Part shown: piece after piece, positions 24,918 through 38,266 of the stretch
How positions within the stretch are numbered: position 1 is the first letter of the stretch
How the letters are laid out: each line of letters opens with the position of its first letter
NCBI GenBank assembly: GCA_047495785.1
Contig: JBLDXI010000001.1
Location: 868,001 to 932,000, forward strand
Reading direction: 5' to 3'
DNA: 64,000 bases
DNA from: Lepidodermella squamata
Lineage: Eukaryota; Animalia; Gastrotricha
The notes under the pieces: model-generated
What the model saw: the letters and a program-made list of their open reading frames with translations, nothing else
What the model was told of the DNA's origin: nothing
The model's database searches: none
Position numbers and translations under genes: made by a program

Positions 24918-26790
24918 ATGCAGCTTGGCATCTTTTTGCTGCTAACATTCGCTTGCTCGTCTCAAGCAGACTTCTTCCTGCACGCGGTAAGATCTCCGAT
25001 GAAATCCGAAAGAGTTCAGAGAAACATCCCACACTATTAGAAAAGAGCTGAAGCTACAGAATGCAGTCCAACCTCAAGCCATGACGTTGTCATCATCGGC
25101 GCTGGTGTATCCGGTCTTTCGGCCGCTGTCGAACTTTACAAAAATATGAAGATTCAAAACATCGCAATCCTTGAGGCTCGTGATAGGATTGGAGGTCGCA
25201 TTAAGACTGTGCGCCATGATGGACTGTACGAAGATTTCGGTGCCCAATGGGTAAGTCACCTCAGAAAGCAGCATATTGATCTTAACTATCGCTTCACAGC
25301 TGCACGGAGGCGGAAACCACCCTCTGGTAGATTTTTTGAAGGCGAACAACCTCCTTGTTCCTGATAACGAAAAGCCAAGTGGGAAGGAAGTCTTTTACAG
25401 AATGGTAATTATTCTTTTCATATTATCGACAACGGGATTTTTTATTCGCGCTCTACAGAACGGAACTTTGATTCCTGAAGAAGTTTCTGACGCTGCAGGT
25501 GATGCTTGGGAACTAGTTGAGACTCAAGTAAATTCCAAATTGGTTGAGTCATCTATTGGAGCAGAATTGAGGGCGAATTACGGTGAATTGATGCAATCTT
25601 AGTAGCTGTAATCTTGAAAATTTCGATTTCAGAAAAATGGCTTGCGGCAAATCCTGAAAACGCCGAAGACAAGAGGGCAATTTTCAACTTCAATTTGAAC
25701 TTCGAAAACACAGAGGCTGGCGAAGATTTCAATAAAGTCGGCATGGCTACGATCACTGGCTACACCAATCTTCCCGGCGACAAGTCCAACCTCGTCAAAA
25801 ACGGCTGGTTCTCTGCCATTGAAAAAATGACCGCTGATATTCCTCTGGATTCTTTGTTGAAACTGAAGTCCGTTGTGAAAAAAATCAACTGGGCGGTCTC
25901 ATGTGATCCCGATGCCCCGAAGAAGGTCGCAGTTCACCTTGACGACGGTCGTATTATCGTCGGCAAAACTGTAATCGTGACCATTCCTCTCGGAGTACTG
26001 AAATCTGGCGCCGTTGAATTTCAACCTGCTCTTCCTCAGCAAAAAATGACGTGAGTTTTTTGCTCGACTATTCTTATGAATACCTCTGATTCTGATGTGT
26101 CAGCGCTATCAATCGTATCGGTTTCGGTTGCATGGTGAAAATGTTCTTGACCTTTGACGAAATTTGGTGGAACGGTTTCTCCAACATCAATGCAGTTTTC
26201 ATGGACTCCGTCCCGGACGGTATCGTTGGAGAATCTGTAAACCCCGAAATGGCGAAATGGTTCCGCGGCATGGTTGGCTTCAACACAATGCTAGGCAATC
26301 CTAAGGTTCTGCAAGCTTGGGTAACCGGTGATATTGCTCGAGTTGTTGAGAAACTACCCCTTGCTGAGGTAACCCGTGTTATCAATCATGTCCTTAAGCA
26401 AGCCTTTGGCAAAGATTTCCCTGTGAAAGCCCCTGTTTCTATTCAGAGGTTCGCCGGATTTACTACCCTTGAATTATTTTTGGCACATATCTAAATTTGA
26501 TAGGAGCGAATGGTGCAGTGATCCTTATTCCATGGGCATCTATGCTTATGCTGGAGTTAAGGGACCTGCCAAAGACTTCGAAGACCTCGCTGAGCCTATT
26601 CCAGCTGCTGACCCGGTAAAAACCAGCCTTCCAACATATTATGAAAATTACCGATTTCCATTTTAAGGTCCTGTTCTTTGCTGGCGAAGCTACTAGTTAC
26701 GATCAGTGGGCTTGTGTTCACGGCGCTTGGTCGACTGGCATCCGAGCTGCCAAGGAGGCTCTAGCATCCCTGAAACAGCCCATTGCTTGA
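24918..26790 (+). CDS. Secreted flavin amine oxidase (copy C)
   Basis: Signal peptide MQLGIFLLLTFACSSQA. Motifs HDVVIIGAGVSG, EARDRIGGR, VTIPLGVLK, FAGEAT..VHGAW. Confidence 0.9.
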
Positions 26791-27074
26791 AGAATTAAAC
26801 CATCATTACCACCGGTGAATAGCGCTTAAGATTTATTTAGCTCTTGACTATCAAGCATCTGCATTAAGGTATAGCTATAAACAAAGGACATGCGATACAA
26901 TGTAACCAATAAAGTACGGTGTTGGGTTGCCTTAAAAAAAGACTTGGTCCAGGCAAATAATACCGCTGTCTCTCTTGATATGAAACTGCAGTGTGGGTGC
27001 AGTGTACTTGAGCCAATCCTACGTTTTTTACGTACCTATTAATCACTGCTGAATTTTCTGAGTTGGGCTAAAAA

Positions 27075-28964
27075 ATGACACGAACTTCGCAGCTCTTCAT
27101 TATTTTTCTTGGAATTGCTGGACACATTTACAAAAGCGATGGAGCAAATACGGTAAAAATGCCACCATCCAGCAACTAATAGCAAAGCATTATATTTGAA
27201 ATTTTTTACACCAGAACCAGACAAATCGCGTTGCCGACGAATGCAACCCAACTTCTGCGCATGATGTCGTGATTATAGGGGCAGGAATGGCTGGTTTAAC
27301 TGCAGCCGTAGAGCTGTACACCAAACACCGAATTCGCAACATAACCATCCTCGAAGGTAGAGATAGGATAGGCGGTCGAATTCGCACTGTTCGACATGAT
27401 GGTGTTTACGAAGATTACGGCGCACAATGGGTGATTATCAATCTTTCATTGGACAATTGGTTAGAAACGTTTTTTGTATTAACCTTTAGTCTCATGGCCA
27501 TCAAGGACATGAGCTGATGGCATTTATCCAAAACAACGACCTTTACGTACCTTGGAGCGAATTGCCGGGATTCGGCACAGCTGCTTATCGCATGGTAAGT
27601 TCACCCAAAGACAGTTTGTTGTTGTAAGGTTTCGGGCTCATGTAGGACGGCACCAAAATCCCGGATGAAGAAATCGCCGAAGTCGCGGAAGCTTACGAGC
27701 GGATTGCGGACTTCTTATCCGAAGAAGGAACTGGTAATTCGGTCGGAGAGGCGATGAGATTTTATTTCGGTAATACCTGCTTGTAAAGAACCGGTTTTTT
27801 ACATTTCTTAATTGCTTTCAAGACGTTTGGCTGCAGAACAGTACTGGCAACTTTGATGATAAACGCGGTTTATTTAACAGCACTTACTACTACGAATGCA
27901 CCGAGCAAGCTGAAGACCTTGAACTAGTTTCTGTTGAAGAGGAATACGTTTACGAAAGAATCCCTGGTTTCCAGGGGAATCTGGTGAAGAATGGCTGGCA
28001 AAGTGTAATCGATCGGTTGACTGCCAGGGTTCCATTGAACTTCCTTGTGAACACGAAGTCCATCGTCAAGAAAATCGACTGGAATGTGTCCTGCCCGGGC
28101 GATAATGATACGAAAGTTGCGGTTCATCTAACCGATGGCAGAATTGTTGTAGGAAAATCCGCCATCTCAACCTTGCCTTTAGGAGTTTTGAAAGCCGGCG
28201 TAGTCGAGTTTCAGCCTGAATTGCCGGGGAAAAAGCAAAGGTAAGGGGGAAATGCTCCTTCCCTTAGCTCTATTAGTATGTGATTGCAGAGCGATACAGC
28301 GGCTTGGCTTTGGATGTGCAGTCAAAGTCTTTATGATCTTTGACGAACAGTGGTGGGATGCTGAGGAGATAGGGTTTCTTAATGCAGTCTTTACGGACGC
28401 AATCAGCGATGGCATCGCATCTAACACAGGCAATAGCACTACTGCGAAATGGTACCGTTACATCGGCGGATTCAACACCCTTTACAGTAATCCAACAGTG
28501 TTGCAAGGATGGTTTACTGGCGACTGGGGGAGATTTGTCGAGAAGCTTCTGTTTTGCGACGTTAAGAGTGTGATGGACCAAGTTATGACAAAAGCCTTTT
28601 CGAAGGCCTTCCCGAAATTCAAACCCTCAAAAGACATGATCAGGTTTGTGTTACTTATGGGAGATATGATAAGTACGAAATATGTTTAAGGACTGACTGG
28701 TGCCAAGACCCCTTTTCCTATGGCACGTATTCATACGTGAAGGTGGGCGCGCAGGCGAGTGATATCGTGGTATTAAGCCTGCCTCTTCCGGCCGAATCTC
28801 CGGTAAAACTTCCCCGCCCTTAAATTCTCCTGTAATTATTGTTTCTCTAGATTTTATTCTTCGCCGGCGAGGCAACTCATCCTTCCCAATGGTCAACAGT
28901 TCATGGGGCGTATTCTACGGGAGTTCGAGCTGCTAGTCAGGTGGCGACAAACTTATTGATATAG
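27075..28964 (+). CDS. Secreted flavin amine oxidase (copy D)
   Basis: N-terminus MTRTSQLFIIFLGIAG. Motifs IIGAGMAG, EGRDRIGGR, TLPLGVLK, FAGEAT..TVHGA. Confidence 0.88.
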
Positions 28965-29322
28965 AAGACGGACAAACAATTGAATGTTCAAACCTTTTGT
29001 TCAAACCCATGAAATGATTAACCTGGCTTGAGCCCTCTCTTAAAATTTTGGAATTTCACGCGTGGGTTTGTTTTGTCAAACTACGAAAAAGAGAAAAGTC
29101 GAGATAACGTAGGTGGTTATAAGTCAATGCAGTGCCGCCATTTTTTATCTAGTGTGGCAGAATCGTTTTTATGCATACCTGAACATGCCAATTATTTGTT
29201 TTGGTCGAATGGCAACCTTCTGCATTTTTTACGCCAGGCTCCAGTTACATAAAGGCTGCCCTAATCGTGTGTGTGTGTGTGAAAGCTTATTTACTTCTAT
29301 ATTTAGGAATTGTAAGCTGGAA

Positions 29323-31246
29323 ATGCGGTTATTTGTTGCGGTGGTTATTTTCGGATTTGCCGCATGTAATCCAGCAGAAAGACTGGTGAGTTGAAACTAA
29401 TGTGCCAGCATTGCGATATACGGCTAAGTTGTGTAGAAACGCGCAGCTGCCGATGCAACATGTAATGGAACTTCGGTCTATGACGTTGTTATCATTGGCG
29501 CCGGGATGTCTGGTTTATCTGCAGCCATTGACCTATACAAGAAGAGAAACATCACAAATATTGTGGTTTTAGAGGCTCGCGATCGCCTGGGCGGTAGAAT
29601 TAGAACAGAACGCCAGAGCGATGGAACCTACCAAGACATTGGAGCACAATGGGTATTATCGGAGAAATTCCTGTCAATATCATTCAAATAAGCTGTTTTG
29701 AAGGTTCATGGAGAAAGTGGCCACGAGTTGATCGAATACATCAAGAAGCAAAACTTGCTTGTAAAACACGCAGAAGACGGTGATGACAAATTCTACCGAA
29801 TGGTATATCTTCTCATTTCCAATCTAAAAGACTAGCGATTGATTTCAGAACGGTACTCAAGTTCCGGAAGGAATTGTCAGCGATGTTGGAGAGGCTTTTG
29901 ACAATATCAAGGAAAATATCGAAGAGGATGATGGCATCAATCTTGGCCAGATCATGGTTTCGAAATTCGGTAAGACTCAAAACATTGATTCTCTCTCGTT
30001 CTCATTTCCTCATTGTTAAGAGCGATGGTTGAGAAGATCCCCGCAAAATCTTGAAGACAAACGAGCAGTTTTTAATTTTTACATGAATGACGAATCAACG
30101 GAACCTGCCGATGATCTAATGAACGTCGGCATTGAGGAGAGCACGGAATACAACGACGCTGAGGGTGACCAGTTAGCTCTGGTTAAGGGCGGCTGGTCAC
30201 TTATTGTCGAGAAATTAACCGCTGATTTGCCCGTTAGCACGTTGGTCAAGTTGAACTCCGTCGTCAAGTCGATCAACTATCAAGCTTCTTGCTCAGGTCA
30301 GGCAGCTAAAAAAGTTGGCGTTGTCACCCTGGCTAATGGCCAAAATATCATTGGCAAAACTGTCATTGCAACACTTCCTCTGGGAGTTCTGAAGGCTGGT
30401 AGTGTCACCTTTACTCCTCAGCTCCCGAGCAACAAATTAGCGCATGTTTTACTGAAAAATTTATTATTTGTTGATAATTCAAAATACTTTTAGTGCTATC
30501 AATAGCACTGGCTTCGGATGCGCGATCAAAGTTTTGCTCTTCTTCAACGAAACTTGGTGGCCGCGTGGAATCGGCTCTATGAATGCAGTCTACATGGACT
30601 CGGTAAACGACAATGTGACTGTGTCATTTGTAGACGGAAACAATACGAAATGGTACCGCAATATGGTTGCCTTCAACACGGCCTATGGCAACGACAAATT
30701 GCTGCAGGCCTGGCTCACCGGAAAATGGGCTCGTTTGGTCGAAGGTCTACCGCTCGCTGAAGTGCAAAATGTTGTCATGCAAGTAATGAGGAAAGCGCTC
30801 GGGAAAGCTTATTCCGTCAAAGAGCCAGTCAAAGTTATCAAGTAACCCTAATTCAGCTTCAAAGTTATCAGGCTTCTGGGAAAATCAATCTTTTGAATGC
30901 AACAGATCTGACTGGTGCAGCGATCCATATACAATGGGCGCTTACTCTTATGTATCCGTTCGAGGAAAAGCAGCTGATTTTTCGACTCTTGCACAATCTG
31001 TTCCTCGAAACGACCCGGTAGGACTTGATCAATTTGTTATTCCTAAAGCTCATCGACTTCCTTTCTCAGGTATTGTTCTTTGCCGGGGAGGCAACAAACA
31101 ACAAGCAATGGGCCTGTGTCCATGGCGCTTACACAACCGGCAAAAGAGCAGCAAGGGAGGTTACCGCTGTCTTGACGGGTCGCAAAAATAAAGATGAGGA
31201 TGACGACGATGATGATGATGATGATGAGGAAGACGACGATGAGTAA
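29323..31246 (+). CDS. Secreted flavin amine oxidase (copy E) with a poly-acidic tail
   Basis: Signal peptide MRLFVAVVIFGFAAC and all FAD motifs. Ends KNKDEDDDDDDDDDEEDDDE*. Confidence 0.88.
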
Positions 31247-31570
31247 CAGCATCGATCGAAACTCGAAACAGCAAACATTTTTTATTAACAATTTTTATTT
31301 CTTTGAATTGCTCTGCTATCTGTTACTCACTCTTGAATAGAATAAAATTGGCGATGCGGTAGAGCTTATATACTCGGAACCTCTATTTAACTAAGGTGTA
31401 TGGCCCCTAAGAGAATATGACCATGGCCAGCCTCCATTGTGATTCCGCTCAATTGCTGTCATTTTTTACTGGGCAATTATTTACTCATCGTTTTTTTCGC
31501 CGCCACCCTCTTGAGAATCACAGGCAGCGCAGAGCTATTGAATACCACAGAAAAGGAGGTTTGCCTTAAA

Positions 31571-33395
31571 ATGATTTTCGTTAAGGTGCTCCTGCTTTTG
31601 ACGCAGTCATATTTAGTCAATTCTCTTGCGATCGGGGTAAAATTCTTGCAGAAAATTGAATTTTTCCTAATTTTGCTTTCTTCTCTCAGCAATATCAAGT
31701 AAACGAGTGTAATCCGACCTCTAGTTACGATGTTGCAATCATCGGCGCTGGAGTTTCTGGACTATCAGCAGCTGCTCAGCTGTCGAAAATACACCATTTG
31801 AACAACATCGCGATTATTGAAGCCAAAGATCGCATAGGCGGCCGCGTGTTGACCATCCATGACGCTGGCAAAGTTGGCGAGTTCCTCGAGCTCGGAGCTG
31901 AGTTTATCCACGGCGAAGTTCGCAATTCGGTGTACGATTATGCCAAGCAGCACGACCTGGTCGTTCCAGACCAGGGCGATCGAGATGGGGATTGGTTTAA
32001 CATGGTCTAATTTAACCTCGTTTCATGCCAAGAATGTAAACTAAAAGCTGTGTTTTTCTTCAAGAATGGTATTCAAGTTGCACCAGCCACCCTTGCTGAG
32101 ATTGACCGAGTTTACCGCCAGATCAGGCAAGAAGTCGAATACGATCGCGATCCATATACATCGGTTGGCAATGCTTTGAAAGAGAAATTCGGTAATAATA
32201 TGATAAAGTTACTGGATGCAAGTTTTTATTAAGCTTTTACTAGAAAAATGGATCCATAACAATATGGATAACGCTCCGACTAAGAGAGCCATTTTCTACT
32301 ACCTTTACATGGAGGAATGTCTCGAAGTCTCCGATGATCTGTTCAATCTTAATATCGATCAAGATCTGAATTACGTGCAATCTTCAGGAGATCCTGAGCA
32401 TGTTGCCGAGAATGGTCTACACAGTGTCCTGGAACATGTTGCAGGTGACCTGCTAAATACCTCACTGCATCTCAATTCGGTGGTTCGGAAGATCAACTGG
32501 GATTTTGAATGCTCGGACGGCAAGCGCGTTGCCCTTCAACTCGCCGATGGCAGATACATCGCAGCTAAGTACGCCATCGTAACTCTACCTCTTGGTGTTC
32601 TGAAAGCTCGGAGTGTGGCATTCAACCCAGAGCTGCCTCAGTCGAAGAATTCGTAGGTTTTTCATTCATTTTGGAAATTTTCGTCATTGCAGGGTTCTTA
32701 GAGCTATCCAACGACTTGGCTACGGATGCACTAACAAAATTATCTTGATTTTCGAGCGAGCCTGGTGGCCAAGACACAGCCAGGTCAACGCCCTTTTCGT
32801 CGATACCATCCCAGACGGAATCGCCTTGGATCGAAAATTATACGACAGTTTCAATTCAACGTGGTACAAGAACTTGGTATCTTTCAACTCGGTCTACGGC
32901 CATCCGCTTGCTCTGGAGGCATGGCTTACTGGCAAATGGGCTCACATCGTCGAGAATATCCCGATGGAAGAAATTGCACATGTTGCTGACCAGATTCTAC
33001 GCCGGGCATTCTCTCGGCAGTTTGATGTCGAAACTCCAGTTCGGGTTATAAAGTAACCTTGGAACTTCATTACGATTTTTTGAGTAATTTTCTTTTAAAT
33101 AGAACTAACTGGTGCAGCGATCCCTACTCTCGCGGTGGTTATTCTTACATCGATATGGATTCCCGTATTACCGATTTCGATTTCCTGGCGAAACCATTGC
33201 CTGAAAATCCAGCGGTAAATTACGAGCTTTTATTGAAAACGGATTGAAGAAGTATTATTTATTTTTTAGGAGAGCCGCCTATTTTTTGCTGGAGAAGCTA
33301 CAAGCCGGACGCAATGGGCGTCCATCCAAGGTGCCTGGGATACCGGCGTGGTAGCGGCTGATCAGGTCGCGGCCAAATTGAAGCATAAAAATTAA
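31571..33395 (+). CDS. Secreted flavin amine oxidase (copy F)
   Basis: Signal peptide MIFVKVLLLLTQSYLVNSLA. Motifs IIGAGVSG, EAKDRIGGR, ELGAEFIHG, VTLPLGVLK, FAGEAT..IQGAW. Confidence 0.88.
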
Positions 33396-33622
33396 ACTAA
33401 CGAAAATTGTCTTCAAGCTTGTTAGGCGGTTCTAAAATTTCGATTTCGCACGTTAGGACAGATTAGCCTAACGGTAAGAGCTTTACCCCATGTGCGTTTA
33501 CTACGCGAAATCAATATACGTCATTATCCTCTCCAGAAACATGTTGACTGTCCGTGCATTAAAATTGCTTTACTGCTATTAGGATTTTATTTCCCATCCC
33601 TGATCGACTGGACAATTTTTCA

Positions 33623-34923
33623 TTAAGATTGAGTGCGGTTAAGATAATGATGGCTGAAATCTGATCTTGAATCAGCCGGTGTGATCGAATTAAGGGGGCG
33701 AACTTTAACCAACTTGGGTCGATTGCGAATCTCATACCAGTACCGCCGAATGTCATCCGAAAATCCAGGCCTGACGCTTTGAATAATCGGCCCCAATATC
33801 ATCTCGAACATGAATAAAAGAATAGTCGCCTTGTGCCAACTTGCGGACAGAACTCGAGGCCCTATATCGTCGTAAAAAATTAGGAAGAAGAACGACAGAA
33901 ATGTCGGGATGTGGAAAAGAGAAAAAGCGAAGAAGGATGCCAGCGATTGCTTCACGAAGAACAATTCGCGCTTCTGCCAATCAACCATTACTTGCGCTGC
34001 ATTACTGGTCCTTGTTTTGGTACCTTTGTTTGCTGTAATTTGACCGAAAAATTTAGTTTTATGGGCGTGAAGCTTGCTAAAGATACTCCTGGAAAAAATA
34101 ACTAAAATTGCTTCAATTCAGCAGATGAAAGCAAACCAGTAGTTGTAGGCTATAAGGATATCAGGAATAAGCACTACGATCAAAACGTAGTAAAGCGAGA
34201 TAAGCAGCGCAGTATCGTAGTTCCCAACCAGCCGCATGTCGAACCCACTGCAAACGGGCACGGGGGTTCCATTATTCGTTAAGCCAGGGATAGACACAGC
34301 CCTTAGCTGGAAAGACTGATAAGGATAGACAGCCAATGTGCCGAAAAGCAGGAATCCTATTAAGGTTGAAATACCTGCCATCACCATGACCTATTAAAAA
34401 TTTAATCTCAAAATTCAAAGACTTAGGTATTTCTGTCAACAACCTTTCTAGTGTTTGCTGAGGAGTTAGGATTATTTGAAAGAAGACAAAGTCGCCTCTC
34501 ATAGCTGATCAACATGAAAAACCAAGTTCCCTGAGAGCCAGTGGTAAAAAGGAACCAAATGGTACCGATACATGTCGATTCTCCCAACTCCCAAAATCCA
34601 GTGGCAGTCGTTACTAATATCGCGAAAGTGTAACCGATACTGAAAATTACTGAACTCAGCGCGAGAAGAGACATCAGCGCAAGAAAATCTTTTCTGACAC
34701 CCCTTCTATAAACTATCACGATGTTAGCTACATTAGCGACTGTAACTAAGATGGTGGTTATAACAAATGCGATTGCAAAAGGCAGTCTATCTTGGAGAGA
34801 GGTCTCGCTAAAGTCGTGAAACCAGCCGACGAAATAAGGACGGGATTCATTGAAACCATTGTCAGGTAGCCGGAGCATCAGCCAAGATGTTCCTATTGTC
34901 GTCAAATTCGGTATTGCTGACAT
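33623..34923 (-). CDS. Orphan rhodopsin-like 7TM receptor, 3 exons
   Basis: Joining the ORFs gives seven hydrophobic helices. TM1 Asn in VANVAN, WELGESTC before TM3, ISYERR as the DRY equivalent, an ECL2 Cys, and FHIP in TM6. The exon 2/3 junction was checked in frame. Confidence 0.82.
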
Positions 34924-35972
34924 TTTGTTATAAGAACATTTTTTGGAGTGACTGACATGAAGAACGATGTACCTGGGCATTTATAGGCCAATTTTAATCC
35001 AAGGTTTTGCGACGTGATAAAAAATTCAATTTGCTAATGCTAATTTTCAACGACTCATTACGCTCATCACTCCTACCTGATGTGCCTGTAAGTTCATGAT
35101 TGCTCGTTTTTAATCCTGAAACACATATATGTGACGAAGATGACGCAAATATGCGCAGGACAAACATTCCAGGTTCTATAACTTGGTCTTACTTCGGACA
35201 GCTGTGTCCGAAATAAAACCACGTTTCAGTGCAGTGTCTTTTAAGGTGAACGAATTCTTTCTAACTTTCAGCGCGTTGAAAAACTGCAAATGCTGGTATC
35301 AATCACGATAAATTAGTACCTGTAACCTGCTGGACAGCCCGCTAGAGGCATGCTGGAGGGTCAAAGGTCACATTTAAGCGATTTTTGCTTCTTTAAAAAA
35401 ATACCGCCGTAGAAAACTGCTTTGAAACTGAAAACCTTGAACTGTTGGACGTCTAATCAGTTTGTCAGGATTCAGTCATCATTTGAAGGTGTAGAATCTC
35501 AACGCTCCATTTTGTCATTTTGAGCGATGCTTAAAACGTTGAAATAAATCCATGATGTTCAAAGCCAAAGTTGTTCAAAGCAAAAATACACCGAATAAGA
35601 CTATTATTTTTTACCTTGATCAATTTGCAGGAACCCTAGTGACCAAGTTGCCTCCAAATATTAACTCCAATTATATCCTTACAACGGAATTCCATTTTAA
35701 CCTCAAATGGAATAGTTGTCCTGGCTATTCCTTCACAGCCACCCCAAGTTTCTGTAAACTTTATGAAGAATCTAGAAATAATCTACAGAAAGTCTCTAAT
35801 AGCTCAATGATGATACCTGTAAAAGCTAAAAGCACAACGCGTGCCGCTTACGCACGCAGAGGTTAAATCGAAAATGTACACAGTGGCGAGGGTTTTTCGT
35901 GCTCAAACGCCTGCCAACGAGATAGCGTGAAGACTATAGTGAATTTTTTCATCGTCTTCATTACATGAAGAA

Positions 35973-37916
35973 ATGGCAATTCTCCAACTGGCGATCATAG
36001 CTGTCTTGCTGCAGCTTACCGAGGTAGCTCAATTCATTTACTGATTCGATTTCGGTGGAAATTCATGCCGACTTTAGGTCAAAGGTCAGCAGCTGAGTGC
36101 TGTTTGCTCCAGCTTGCAGTTTGCTCAGTCTTATGATGTTGTCATCATCGGAGGTGGGGCAGCTGGAATGGTAGCGGCATCCCAGCTTTTCACCAGGTCC
36201 ATTACCAATTTCACTGTCCTCGAGGCTAGGGGTCGCCTTGGTGGGCGTATTCACACAATAGTTCGCGATGAGGATGATGAGGACGTCATTGAAATGGGAG
36301 CTCAGTTCCTTCACGGAAAGGAAGGTAATCCTGTGTTTGACTTCGGCGAGGAACACGAATTGGTGGTTGACGAGGAAGATCTTGACAACTACATCGAATC
36401 TTACTACTACGAGGTATTCAACTTGCGGATTTGTTACTTCCTGATATTAATGTAACCATTAGAACGGCAAAGAGATCAGCGATGCAGACACAGAAGAGGG
36501 TTATGAAATGTTCGAGAATGCTACTTTAGCTGTAGCAACCAAAAACGATACCAAAGTGTCAGCCGGAAAGCAGCTTCTTGACATCCTGAGTAAGTTACCT
36601 CTTTCAGTACACAACAACTCACCTGATGCAATGCTATATAAGAGGATGCGAAGGTTAACGATATGGTGAAGGCTATGTACATGTATTACTACTACGAGAA
36701 AGCTAGCGATTATGCGGATGATCTGACAAACATCAACGTTGAATCCTTCACAAGATTTGTTGACTTCGATGAGAAGGAATTCAACGTTCCCAGCGAAGGC
36801 TATATGGCAATTTTCGACAAACTCATCGAAAAGTGACAAATGCTCCATTGTCAAGTGTTAAGTAACTCAATGCCATTTCAGGTTTAAAACGAAGTTCAAA
36901 ACGAGCACTCCGATCAAGAAGATCTGGTGGCAAGTCAACTGCGGCAACAGCAGCTTTGTTACGAACCGAACGGTAGTGCAGAAGCAAGATGGAACTTACA
37001 TCATCGCTAGATACACTCTTGTTACCCTGCCGCTGGGAGTTTTGAAAACGGACGCTGTTGCTTTCGATCCAGAATTCTCTACAAGTGACAATCCGATTGC
37101 AAAGAGAAAGGCCGCGTAAGTTTTGAAATAACTGATAACCCGGCTTCTTGAACGGCAACAACTTTCAGAGCCATTGACAATCTAAGCTTCGGATGCATCG
37201 CCAAAGTCTTCCTCTGCTTTCCGACCCAATGGTTCGGCAATGAGACCGACGTCCTAGCGATTGTTCTCGATCAGGAAAGCCGGAAAGATATTGGAATTAA
37301 GCAAAACGTATCCTTGTACAAAGTGGTGAGCATTGAATCCAAAAGCATTATCTCTCATAATATCTTTCTAATAGGCTGATGACCGCAACTGGTACAGGTA
37401 TATGATTGGATTTAACTCAATTTATGGAGACGAGAATGTTCTTCAAGCTTGTAATAGATTTTATGCATTCAGTCGATGTGTTAACCTTCTTCATTTCTCT
37501 AAGGGTTCACTGGTAAATGGGCTCGAATTGTTGAGAACCTCCCGCAGAATGAAGTTCAAAGCGTCCTAATGCAGCTGTTGCGGAACACTCTCAAAAGTGA
37601 CTACAAAGACATACCTGAGCCAGAAGCCATTTACCAAACTGAATGGTGCAAAGATGACTACTCTCGCGGTGTCTACTCAGCTCTTAATATGGACTCGTCA
37701 TGGTCAGATATTCAAGCATTGGCCGAGCCCTTACCCAATGCTAACGTAAGTAGCTCGAGAAACTGCCGTTTTTCATCTCATTTCAAGTTTTTACAGCGAC
37801 CTGTGTTGATGTTCGCTGGGGAAGCTACGAATTCTAAGCAATGGGGCACTGTTGCAGGAGCTTGGCAAACTGGAGTTCGTGAGGGGCTCCGTTTGGTCAG
37901 GTTATTGAGAGGATAA
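35973..37916 (+). CDS. Secreted flavin amine oxidase (copy G, divergent)
   Basis: Signal peptide MAILQLAIIAVLLQLTE. Motifs IIGGGAAG, EARGRLGGR, EMGAQFLHG, VTLPLGVLK, FAGEAT..TVAGAW. Confidence 0.88.
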
Positions 37917-38266
37917 CCTAACAGAATAGCCAAATTGTGTTAACGGATGTAGTAATTTAGTGTATTGGTTCATGATTTCAAGATTTAGAAATAAAGATTA
38001 AATACAGGCTCAGTAATTCATGACTTATTATGTACAGGCGTGTAGTTCCGCCTAGTTATTGACGTTGATGTTTTTTAAAAAGTTCCAATCCGATTAGCTG
38101 GCTATTTTCAATTTGAACAAAGGGCGTAGCAACTTTTCACCGTCACGCCATGAACGAGCTAAGCTGCAGCTTAGAGGTTGGAAGAAAACAGATTCAGGGA
38201 GATTTATGACACGACGTTCTCGCTTCTTACAGCTATTTCAACATTGTTTCATACTCAAAGCTTGAA

